From positions 96,001-160,000 of the IMG/VR virus record IMGVR_UViG_3300014205_000172: 64,000 bases of DNA, one strand, 5' to 3'. Origin of the DNA: a virus (lineage: Duplodnaviria > Caudoviricetes). The position numbers and the translations under genes were made by a program. Below the pieces are notes generated by a model, which saw only the letters and a list, made by a program, of their open reading frames with translations, was not told the DNA's origin and did no database searches. How positions within the stretch are numbered: the first letter of the stretch is position 1; each line of letters begins with the position of its first letter. Positions 50,570 through 58,384 of the stretch are shown here, in pieces.

Positions 50570-51747
50570 GATGGGGTTTTATCCTGTGCTGATGTAGCGT
50601 AGCGACGTGTGCAGATGGCGACATATTCAACACACGCCCGAATGGTTTTCAAGTAAAACGGACTCACATGCGTCAGACCGTTACTGCAGAGCTGAAAGGC
50701 CTTTACCAGATCCCGCGAACGCTTGCTGAAGGCACGTCCGGCTTCACTGTCAGTGTAGTGGTCGGCTTGGGCACTAGCTTCCTTAGCGGAGCTTTTAGAC
50801 AGCGCGTCAAGGCGGTTAATTTCCTGATCCAGTTTAGTGAACGAGGTCAACGCATCTTTAGCTGCGCTGATACCGTGTCCCATGTCGGTCAATGAAAGGA
50901 GAGGACCTTCAGACTTAGCGGCTTTCAGCGTCTTGACGACATTGACTTTGGCACCAGTGAGATTACCCGCACCAGTACCCGGCTTCACTTCAAGCGCCTG
51001 TCCTACTGCAAAATCGATTTTGATTGATTTAAGAGGAGGGAGGTTTTTAAGAATGTGGGTTTCTTTATCAAACAGACCGTACCATTCTTGAAGGAAGTCA
51101 GAGAACAATGAGTCGGACTCTGCAAGCTGTTTATCGGGTTTTGCAATGGCGCCATGGCGGTCTGTGAGGTAGTTGGCGGAAGCCCCTAACTTAACAGGGT
51201 CGGTATTAGTCGCCTCACCCTTTAAGGATTTAACCTTAGCCGATACTTTATCGACATACGTCCGCACAGCCGTAACGGAGCCTGTCAGCTGACCCCACCA
51301 CTGTTTGATCATGTCCATGACCTTACGCAGCGCATCGACTAACCACTTACCGATGCCAGCTGCTACGGTTCTACGCGTATCCTTGAGCTCAGCGCTATAC
51401 TGGTCCGCCGATTCAAATGAAGGTGTCCATTTACGAATGCCTACATTGATACCAGCAGCCCTAAGGTAAGACTCAACCGAGACAGCTAGTTGTTGCGCAG
51501 AAGCTTCCGTAACATCCGTGTTGGCGTGATTGTCAGCAAACTGCTGCATAATGTTGTCGAGACCATCCTGACCTTCGATAACGTCTACAATCCCATCGGC
51601 TTCTACGCACGAACTTAACGACAGTTCGCTTAAACAATTAAGCTGCGCATCGCAGTAATCAGCGGCATCAACGATGTCACTTTCCAGGCTCTGTTCACTG
51701 CAACGAACGACACCGCGAATTGCTAACCTTTGCAATACGCTATCCAT
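50566..51747 (-). CDS. Internal head protein paralogue
   Basis: 393 aa; SLESDIVD, VSVESYLR, PSFE, QYSAE. Confidence 0.75.
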   Translation of the reverse strand: MDSVLQRLAIRGVVRCSEQSLESDIVDAADYCDAQLNCLSELSLSSCVEADGIVDVIEGQDGLDNIMQQFADNHANTDVTEASAQQLAVSVESYLRAAGINVGIRKWTPSFESADQYSAELKDTRRTVAAGIGKWLVDALRKVMDMIKQWWGQLTGSVTAVRTYVDKVSAKVKSLKGEATNTDPVKLGASANYLTDRHGAIAKPDKQLAESDSLFSDFLQEWYGLFDKETHILKNLPPLKSIKIDFAVGQALEVKPGTGAGNLTGAKVNVVKTLKAAKSEGPLLSLTDMGHGISAAKDALTSFTKLDQEINRLDALSKSSAKEASAQADHYTDSEAGRAFSKRSRDLVKAFQLCSNGLTHVSPFYLKTIRACVEYVAICTRRYATSAQDKTPS

Positions 51748-51749
51748 GA

Positions 51750-53087
51750 TTATTCCCCGGTTTTTTCAGCTGGTTTCTCAGCTGGCTTTTCTTCAGGTTT
51801 CTCAGCTGGTTTCTCAGCCGCCGCTGTTTTACCATAGCCGCTGGCAGACTTCGCCACATAAACCAGGTTGGCGCGGAGCACTTTCATGACAGGTCCGGAA
51901 GTATTGCTGAAACCGTCCAATGCCACACGGCTACCACCCGACAAGGCCTGGCTGGCTTTACGCAGAGTCGCTGCTTCACCCTCACCTTGAGTTTTCAGCT
52001 TCTCACTGACGGCGCCGGCGACGTTACCCATCCGGCCGAGGTTACGCATTTTACTCAGCGTATCGTTCCACTTGGAAACGTCTTTCTCCACAGTGGTCAG
52101 ATCGAGCAGAACCGCATCAACCGAATCAAGCGTCTGCTTCATCTGTTCGATGGAGAGATAGTTGAACGAGGTATCTTTGGCAGCGGCTTCATTGGAAACC
52201 ACTTTGGCTTTAGCGCCAGCCAGTGCGTTTTCAGCATCTGCCCCAGGAGTGATCTCCAGTGTGTGAAATGGGGTAACTGGCCATTTCAACGAGCTTGGAA
52301 GTTTGGCAGTGTTGCCGGTAATCAGCGGTTTGAGACGTTCAGACCCACCCGAGGCCAATGCGTCGACGTTAGCCTGGGAGATCAGACTGTTCCAATGATC
52401 CGCCCAATCCGCAACGAACTTCTTATAGTCCGTGTGGGTAGTATTCACGATCTGAGAAGCTTCGCCCGACTTAGTCAGGTTACCATCACCACCCAGTTTT
52501 ACGTTACCCGACGGAGTCGCGCCTTGAGTAGCTTCAACACGTTCACGCACACGTTTGCTGTACGCTTGGACCGCGTTGATGTTGTTACGCAGCTTCGCCA
52601 GCATGTTGGTGATAAACTCACCAAAACCGGCAAATGCTTTTTTGATCATTTCCCAGATGCGGGCGATGATGCCTTCTTTCTTTTCTTCGGCTTCAGTCGA
52701 ATACTGGGAGCGGGATTTACCTTCCATGGAAGGTAGTACTGTGCTAGCAGGAATTTTCATCCCCATCGAGCGCAATACGCACTCAACCGAAACCTCCAAC
52801 ACGCCGACAGCGTCTTCTGGAATACCTGCCTCTCCGTAGATAGCGACAGTGTTATCGATCAGGCCGGATAGCCCTTCAGCACCATTGGTGCTTTTAACGA
52901 TGTCATCAGAAGCGGTAGAAACATTACCGACTGCTTCATCATGCTCGGCGATCTGTGCGTCGAGGTCGTTGCCCAGCTCTACCATATCGCTTTCGAAACT
53001 GGCTTCTCGCTGAGCGGCAGCGCGTTGGATTTGGATGCCGTAGTTGTCGATAGTCCGACGACCCAGCATTGCAGAAACAGTAGTCAT
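51750..53087 (-). CDS. Internal head protein paralogue
   Basis: 445 aa; SFESDMVE, EVSVE, PSME, QYSTEAEEKK; EKPA C-terminal repeats. Confidence 0.78.
   Translation of the reverse strand: MTTVSAMLGRRTIDNYGIQIQRAAAQREASFESDMVELGNDLDAQIAEHDEAVGNVSTASDDIVKSTNGAEGLSGLIDNTVAIYGEAGIPEDAVGVLEVSVECVLRSMGMKIPASTVLPSMEGKSRSQYSTEAEEKKEGIIARIWEMIKKAFAGFGEFITNMLAKLRNNINAVQAYSKRVRERVEATQGATPSGNVKLGGDGNLTKSGEASQIVNTTHTDYKKFVADWADHWNSLISQANVDALASGGSERLKPLITGNTAKLPSSLKWPVTPFHTLEITPGADAENALAGAKAKVVSNEAAAKDTSFNYLSIEQMKQTLDSVDAVLLDLTTVEKDVSKWNDTLSKMRNLGRMGNVAGAVSEKLKTQGEGEAATLRKASQALSGGSRVALDGFSNTSGPVMKVLRANLVYVAKSASGYGKTAAAEKPAEKPEEKPAEKPAEKTGE
51761..51818 (-). repeat. 12-nt tandem repeat (EKPA/EKPE x4)
   Basis: GAGAAACCAGCT-like units in the 3' end of the CDS. 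Confidence 0.8.
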
Positions 53088-53104
53088 GTGAATACCTCAA
53101 AGAG

Positions 53105-53128
53105 GCAGGAGGTCCGAAGACCCCCTGC
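53105..53128 (-). terminator. Intergenic hairpin (cUUCGg loop) between paralogues
   Basis: Minus strand GCAGGGGGTC-TTCG-GACCTCCTGC; short U-tract. Confidence 0.55.
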
Positions 53129-53136
53129 GGCTGTAA

Positions 53137-54432
53137 TTAGGCGGTTGCTTTTTCAGCAGGTTTGGCTTTACCGTGTGCAGCTGCCGACTTGTTGACGTAG
53201 GTCAGGTTGGCGCGGATGATATCCAACACGGCAGGGACTGACTGCCCCAGGCCGTCGATGCCGATGCGCGCGAGGCTTTGGAAGACCTGACCCGTAACGC
53301 CCATCTTCTTCGCCATCTGGCGTACCAGCGGGCCATTGTTGGGATTGATCCCGACAGCAGCGCTATTAACACGCGTTAAGAGCCCGGTGCTCTTAAGGTG
53401 ACCCAGATTAGTTTTGTATTTGTCGAAGTCTTTCGCAGTTGCGGCTACTTCCTCCAGCAATGCAGCGGTGGCATTCAGCACCTCCAGCATTTTTGCTTTA
53501 GTCAGAGCGGGGCATTTGCTTTGCTTGTTTTCACCATCGATCTTGACGGAAGCTTTCGCCCCGATCAGTGGATTTTCGGCATTCGAACCCGGTGTGATTT
53601 CCAAAGAATGGAAAGAAGTAACTTTAACGTTTTTCCACTCAGGAAGTTTTTTAGCTTCCGCTTCCATCATGGCGGTGAAAGTAGCACCGGCGGTCGCGGG
53701 GTCCTTCAGTGATTTTTTAGACAATTCGTTGGTAAACAGGGTGCCGAAGTAGCCTTCCCATTTGGTGACAAATGCCTTGAAGCTAGTGCCGGTACCGGTG
53801 AGGGTTTCGCTAGCCGAGGTTGGGCTGCAGAACTTACCGTAGCCGCCGAGGGAAACATCACCCGTGGCTTCTTCGCCTTCCAGAGCCGATACTTTTTCTT
53901 TCAGCTTGGCGGTAAGCTTGGACAGCGATTCGGTGGAGTTGCGCATCTTATCGACCAGACCGCTAACGAAATCAACCAACTGACCGAAGATCTTTTGAAT
54001 CCATTCCCAGATACGGCTAACCACGCCGTTCTTTTTCTCTTCGGCTTCAGTCGAATACTGAGTCGGAGTGGCGCAGGCTTCCATAGATGGGAGGATAGTG
54101 GAGAAACCACCAGGGTGGCCCATCACGCGCAGGATGGCTTCAACCGATACCTCCAATTGTTTAGCGGCATCTTCCGGAATGCCGGTTTCGCCGTAGATAT
54201 CTACGGTGTTATCGACCAAGTCCGACAGGCTACCGACACCTGTGGTGCTGCTGACGATGTCATCGGAGGCGGTAGTGATCTGGGTGGATACCTCGGACAC
54301 TTCGTCAATAGCGGTGTTGCTTTCATCAACCAGATCGACGATGTCACTTTCCAGGCTGAGCAACGATGCGGCAGCCGCAGCTTTGTTGTGGTTAGCTGAA
54401 CGGCGGCCAAGTTGGGCGGTAAGAGTGGTCAT
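53137..54432 (-). CDS. Internal head protein paralogue (closest relative of 51750..53087)
   Basis: 431 aa; SLESDIVD, GIPEDA..LEVSVE, LPSME, QYSTEAEEKK. Confidence 0.78.
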   Translation of the reverse strand: MTTLTAQLGRRSANHNKAAAAASLLSLESDIVDLVDESNTAIDEVSEVSTQITTASDDIVSSTTGVGSLSDLVDNTVDIYGETGIPEDAAKQLEVSVEAILRVMGHPGGFSTILPSMEACATPTQYSTEAEEKKNGVVSRIWEWIQKIFGQLVDFVSGLVDKMRNSTESLSKLTAKLKEKVSALEGEEATGDVSLGGYGKFCSPTSASETLTGTGTSFKAFVTKWEGYFGTLFTNELSKKSLKDPATAGATFTAMMEAEAKKLPEWKNVKVTSFHSLEITPGSNAENPLIGAKASVKIDGENKQSKCPALTKAKMLEVLNATAALLEEVAATAKDFDKYKTNLGHLKSTGLLTRVNSAAVGINPNNGPLVRQMAKKMGVTGQVFQSLARIGIDGLGQSVPAVLDIIRANLTYVNKSAAAHGKAKPAEKATA

Positions 54433-54553
54433 GCTTGTTCCCCTAGAGCGGTTGAGATATGTTCGGTCGTTATTCGTTTAATAGTACGTAGTCATTAATC
54501 ACCAAGACAACTAGCTGTATGACCACCACATAAGATCGAAGGATACAGTCACC

Positions 54554-54946
54554 ATGTCAGATGCATCGCTTGCTAATTTGGTGTACGACATTCCTTTAAG
54601 TAATCTATCGTCTGAACCAGATAGCTACATTCTAGATGATATTGGCTTTGCTGTAACGGAGTATGGGAACCTCCAACCCCTATGTATCCTTTATAGTGAA
54701 TCGAACGATCCGGACCCCTCCCGCGTCATTTACCTTGCTAATACAGATGTGTTGTTTAAAAAGAACCTGTTGCTGGGAGATGTAGTCGACAATGACTTAA
54801 ACCTTATTTATAGACCCACCAATGTGTCGCCTGTGATCATTCCAACGCTGTGCCCGCAATGCGGTGAACCATTGGACATTAACCACAGTCGTAAGTTACT
54901 GATCAAATGTGTTCCCTGTAGCGTATCCAAATACCACCAGCCGTAA
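54554..54946 (+). CDS. Small protein resembling the OB-fold and Zn-finger of NAD-dependent DNA ligase
   Basis: LDDIGFAVTEYGNLQPLCIL, YLANTDVLFKKNLLLGDVV and IPTLCPQCGEPL..C..C parallel LigA segments; no adenylation domain. Confidence 0.6.
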   Translation: MSDASLANLVYDIPLSNLSSEPDSYILDDIGFAVTEYGNLQPLCILYSESNDPDPSRVIYLANTDVLFKKNLLLGDVVDNDLNLIYRPTNVSPVIIPTLCPQCGEPLDINHSRKLLIKCVPCSVSKYHQP

Positions 54947-54987
54947 TGGCTGGTGTTATGCCGTTAGTATTCGATTTAAAAAATCTA

Positions 54988-55001
54988 CAGTCACACATGA
55001 C
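54988..55001 (+). promoter_or_regulatory. Putative early promoter motif
   Basis: TTCGATTTAAAAAATCTA-CAGTCACACATGAC. Confidence 0.6.
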
Positions 55002-55043
55002 TGAATCGAACACCACCACTAATGTCCTAAGGAGGACTGTAAC

Positions 55044-55424
55044 ATGATCACTATCACTAACCTGAAAACCATGCTGGCCGAAACCATGACTAAAGGCGCT
55101 GACGACATTGTCGTTCATGTCGACACCTTGAAGCAAATCAAGGCCATGCGCGATAAGCTCGTGGAGATGTCTGGCTACGATGAGAATAACCTCACCGAGG
55201 CTGACTTGATTCTCATGCACGACATCCTGCAGTTCTTCAAACCTGAGTACATGACCCAGGGCACCACGATCGAAGACTGGCACCTGATGCCAGCGCCGCA
55301 AGAGACCTTCGATGCCTGTCTGGAAGATATGGAAAGTAAACGCGGCATCATTAGCGATAATATCTTCTTTCCGGCGATCTTGATCTCTAACTACGTCCTG
55401 GAAAAAGAAACTTTCGCAATTTAA
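55044..55424 (+). CDS. Hypothetical early protein
   Basis: 126 aa, perfect TAAGGAGG RBS. Confidence 0.85.
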   Translation: MITITNLKTMLAETMTKGADDIVVHVDTLKQIKAMRDKLVEMSGYDENNLTEADLILMHDILQFFKPEYMTQGTTIEDWHLMPAPQETFDACLEDMESKRGIISDNIFFPAILISNYVLEKETFAI

Positions 55425-55450
55425 CGATATATCCGTAGGAGGATAACACC

Positions 55451-55573
55451 ATGAGGAACTTAATGTTTCTTGCACTCGGGCTGTGTCTGGGCGTATACAT
55501 CAGCCGCCTCAAGTCTGCACAGATTGACGCACTTCGTGCGGCGCAACAAGCTTCTAAGTCACCGCTTGACTGA
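55451..55573 (+). CDS. 40-aa single-TM peptide (not in ORF track)
   Basis: AGGAGG RBS; MRNLMFLALGLCLGVYISRLKSAQIDALRAAQQASKSPLD. Confidence 0.75.
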   Translation: MRNLMFLALGLCLGVYISRLKSAQIDALRAAQQASKSPLD

Positions 55574-55623
55574 CCAATAACAACGAGGGGCATTAGCCCC
55601 TCACATCCACAGGGAGTATCGAC

Positions 55624-56106
55624 ATGTTTACAGTTAACCCGAAGTACGTTGCTAAGCTTAAGGCTGAGTTTACAAAGCTGGACCCAGCGCTTTTCGACAA
55701 AGGCATGTGGCAACTGTGCAGAGCCATCAATTCCATTCCGGATGTGGCTACTTCGTATTGCTGTGCAGGGCATGTCGATACTACCGAGTCCGGTAAAGAC
55801 TTGATGTATCTGTCTGTCCACGCCGGCACAGAAGCTGCTGAACGCATCATTGCCAGTGTTTACGACTGGTGGTGCAAGTTCCTGGGTACCCAAGTTCTAA
55901 CGAACGAAGGGATGCAGGCTATACACCAGACGACTTGCTTGACGATCACTCGTCAAGAAAACAAGTACGAGGAAGGTGAGGTGGTTTACACCTACATCCT
56001 TGAAGCACAAGTTGACAGCGAAGTCAACACATCCGAACGCAACATCAACGCACTGGCCAAATCGCTTGAGCGCCTTGGTTTTCTTAACAGCCGTAAAATG
56101 GCATAA
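55624..56106 (+). CDS. Hypothetical protein with a TYW3-like N-terminal motif
   Basis: 160 aa, GGGAG RBS; D..M..L..AINSIPDVATSYCCAGH. Confidence 0.65.
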   Translation: MFTVNPKYVAKLKAEFTKLDPALFDKGMWQLCRAINSIPDVATSYCCAGHVDTTESGKDLMYLSVHAGTEAAERIIASVYDWWCKFLGTQVLTNEGMQAIHQTTCLTITRQENKYEEGEVVYTYILEAQVDSEVNTSERNINALAKSLERLGFLNSRKMA

Positions 56107-56117
56107 AGGAGATACAC

Positions 56118-56246
56118 ATGAAACAATTCAAAATGCTGGCACTCGGTTTGGTAATGGGCGTTGTTGGCGCAGTCGGTATCGGCAGCGGTGTGTTTGACGA
56201 AGCAGGTCAGGCACAAGCCGCACACGCGGCATTCGCTCAGCAGTAA
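56118..56246 (+). CDS. 42-aa signal-like/TM peptide (not in ORF track)
   Basis: AAGGAG RBS; MKQFKMLALGLVMGVVGAVGIGSGVFDEAGQAQAAHAAFAQQ. Confidence 0.75.
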   Translation: MKQFKMLALGLVMGVVGAVGIGSGVFDEAGQAQAAHAAFAQQ

Positions 56247-56268
56247 GAAATTCGATTGAAATAAGTTT

Positions 56269-56282
56269 CACTGATACATTAC
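56269..56282 (+). promoter_or_regulatory. Putative early promoter motif
   Basis: TTCGATTGAAATAAGTTT-CACTGATACATTAC. Confidence 0.55.
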
Positions 56283-56327
56283 GAACGTAGATGTGATCCA
56301 TCTTTTGGTTTACCTAGGAGCATTATC

Positions 56328-56450
56328 ATGTTGAATGTAATTGGCCGTATCGCAGTATCCGTCACCGTACTCGTTGTAACCTTCGTCATCCTCGATCAGG
56401 TTCGTGAACGCGACTTGGTTAACAAAGCTATCGATAAGCTGAACAAGTAA
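56328..56450 (+). CDS. 40-aa single-TM peptide (not in ORF track)
   Basis: AGGAG RBS; MLNVIGRIAVSVTVLVVTFVILDQVRERDLVNKAIDKLNK. Confidence 0.75.
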   Translation: MLNVIGRIAVSVTVLVVTFVILDQVRERDLVNKAIDKLNK

Positions 56451-56510
56451 TACCCGGTAATACCCAAACCCTTTCGATTTAATGTATACACGTCCTTAGG
56501 AGGACACTCC

Positions 56511-56867
56511 ATGTTTGACACTATCCTGTTCACACTCACCCTCGTTATGCTTCTGATCATCCTGGTATCCGGCTGGGCTATGTTCAAGTTCGGCACTCGG
56601 CCAGCTCAAGTAATTCAAGACGTCTGCAGTTTGATGACGTACAGCCTCGGCAGCAACAACAAACAAACTCTGGCCTGTAACGTCGCCCTCGCCGTAACGT
56701 TGGTAGCCTTCAACTTTGCCTGGCCTGTGCCAATGTACACCACGCTGATTGTATCGACCTGGGCAGTCTGCTGGGTCGTTCAACTGATCGTTCGTATGAC
56801 CACTGGCGAAGAGTTCGGTAACATGAACGAGTTCGGCTTCAAGATGGTAAAGGTCATCTGGAAGTAA
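56511..56867 (+). CDS. Membrane protein (about 3 TM helices)
   Basis: 118 aa, AGGAGG RBS, hydrophobic segments. Confidence 0.8.
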   Translation: MFDTILFTLTLVMLLIILVSGWAMFKFGTRPAQVIQDVCSLMTYSLGSNNKQTLACNVALAVTLVAFNFAWPVPMYTTLIVSTWAVCWVVQLIVRMTTGEEFGNMNEFGFKMVKVIWK

Positions 56868-56868
56868 A

Positions 56869-56913
56869 ATGTATGGGGTCTTCGGACCCCTACATCCCCT
56901 CTTCTTTTTTTTT
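56869..56913 (+). terminator. Intrinsic terminator
   Basis: ATGTATGGGGTC-TTCG-GACCCCTACAT then T9. Confidence 0.8.
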
Positions 56914-56929
56914 GTTTAAGGACAGCGAT

Positions 56930-57925
56930 ATGCCCAGTTCCAGCATTAAGCAATATAAGCTCATGATGTTTGCCGCTATGAATGCGGACTTTGCAAAGAA
57001 GAAGGGGATCGATCAGAAGGTCGCTAAAGAATGGCACGAAGCTGACGAGAAAAAGAAGAAGGAAGATCCACAGTGGTTTTACCACCTGCCTGATAAATTT
57101 GAAAAGAAGAAGAAAGAACATACTGAATCTATGGAAAGCTTGAGTTCCTTCTTCGGTAAGTTCTTTGGGTCCGGTGCGTCAATCAAAGGCACGCCCCAGC
57201 AAGTCGAACTCAACTACGTCAAGAAGCTGTTTAAGGATGCACACCTTCTGGATGAGATCGTATTAAAGGAAGGTAAGATCGATACCCCGAACATTAACCA
57301 CCATTTGCTGCTGCGTCATTTTAATGAACGCACTTGGTTGAGCGATCTTGAAAACGGTGTTTCGCAAATCACCAACTACGCGCAGCAGTTCTTTAAAGCA
57401 CGCGCGAGTTACGCGGGTGAAATGCACACGATCTACAAGAAATGCGAAACACTGGAGCCAAAGGCCGCGCTCGATTACGCCGTCAAAGCTACGGCCACGG
57501 CTAAGCGTAAACTGGATGCAATCTCGCCGCCTAAATTCATCTTGGCTATCGACACAACCAAACTCGAACATGGGTATAGGTTTGTAGTCGGTGACTTGGG
57601 TCAGAGCCCGCATTACATGAATGCACTCACTAAAGGCCAAGTTAAAAAAGTCCTTTCTTTACTCCCCCATCTGTTTCGTGTGGATAGCGATACTTTTACA
57701 GATGATGAAGATGACGATTTGTTGTGGACGTTAGACGACACGGATGAAACCAAATGGTGGTCGAACAAATACCCGGATGATGATCACGTCTGGGGAGAAA
57801 TGCTGAACCTCTTCCCATGTGCTGGTGATTTCTACGAGTACGAATACGAAGATGAGCTCAACGGCATCGTGGCCAAGATCCGTAATGGCTGCGAAGAACT
57901 GATTAACAAATCGGTAAAGATGTAG
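56930..57925 (+). CDS. Probable virion head protein with an SME processing site
   Basis: TAAGGA RBS before ATG 56930; N-terminal MPSSS..Q.KLM..AA....FAKK.GI.Q.VA.E module; ESMESLSSFFGKFF. Confidence 0.7.
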   Translation: MPSSSIKQYKLMMFAAMNADFAKKKGIDQKVAKEWHEADEKKKKEDPQWFYHLPDKFEKKKKEHTESMESLSSFFGKFFGSGASIKGTPQQVELNYVKKLFKDAHLLDEIVLKEGKIDTPNINHHLLLRHFNERTWLSDLENGVSQITNYAQQFFKARASYAGEMHTIYKKCETLEPKAALDYAVKATATAKRKLDAISPPKFILAIDTTKLEHGYRFVVGDLGQSPHYMNALTKGQVKKVLSLLPHLFRVDSDTFTDDEDDDLLWTLDDTDETKWWSNKYPDDDHVWGEMLNLFPCAGDFYEYEYEDELNGIVAKIRNGCEELINKSVKM

Positions 57926-58023
57926 GGTCCTACGCTAAGGAAAGTAAAGGACCCTACAAAGAAGGAAACGATAGTACGTTCAACCACCAAGGAAAGGTTT
58001 ATAGAGTTGATGATTTACTCTAC

Positions 58024-58281
58024 ATGACAGCCAGAGCTAAAGCGCACCCATTTGAATTATCAAAACTCAAATGGATGCTAACAGGTGAAAAGATAGATCA
58101 GGCGCGTGTCGACCGAGCTGATAAGTCTATTCCTGTTATTGTCACAGAGTACGAACCAGGTAAGTTTGTCACGATGGATGGTTTTCATAGGGTGGTGAAG
58201 GCGATTCAGGCTGGGGATAAAACCATACCTGCTGTCGTTGTGTCTAAAGCGATGGTCTCGCAGCTACCCGAAGTCAAATAA
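58024..58281 (+). CDS. ParB/Srx-like N-terminal domain protein (frame open back to 57907)
   Basis: PVIV....FVTMDGFHRVVKA...G.KTIPAVVV. Confidence 0.75.
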   Translation: MTARAKAHPFELSKLKWMLTGEKIDQARVDRADKSIPVIVTEYEPGKFVTMDGFHRVVKAIQAGDKTIPAVVVSKAMVSQLPEVK

Positions 58282-58284
58282 ACA

Positions 58285-58323
58285 CATAGAGCCAGCTCCG
58301 CAATGGAGCTGGCTCTATGCTGT
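58285..58323. repeat. CATA...TATG hairpin (GCAA loop)
   Basis: CATAGAGCCAGCTCC-GCAAT-GGAGCTGGCTCTATGCTGT, no U-tract. Confidence 0.8.
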
Positions 58324-58334
58324 CAAGTGTTGTA

Positions 58335-58348
58335 CAGTAATACATTAT
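58335..58348 (+). promoter_or_regulatory. Putative early promoter motif
   Basis: CAGTAATACATTAT about 37 nt upstream of the amrZ-like ATG. Confidence 0.55.
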
Positions 58349-58384
58349 CCAACTGACTTATATCCCACTACAAGGAACTCTGCA

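Noticed and set aside
58238-58384. N-terminal extensions in the ORF track (also 56873, 60447, 46531, 36090, 17622)
   Set aside because: They cross hairpins or upstream genes; downstream ATGs have the SD and match domain starts.
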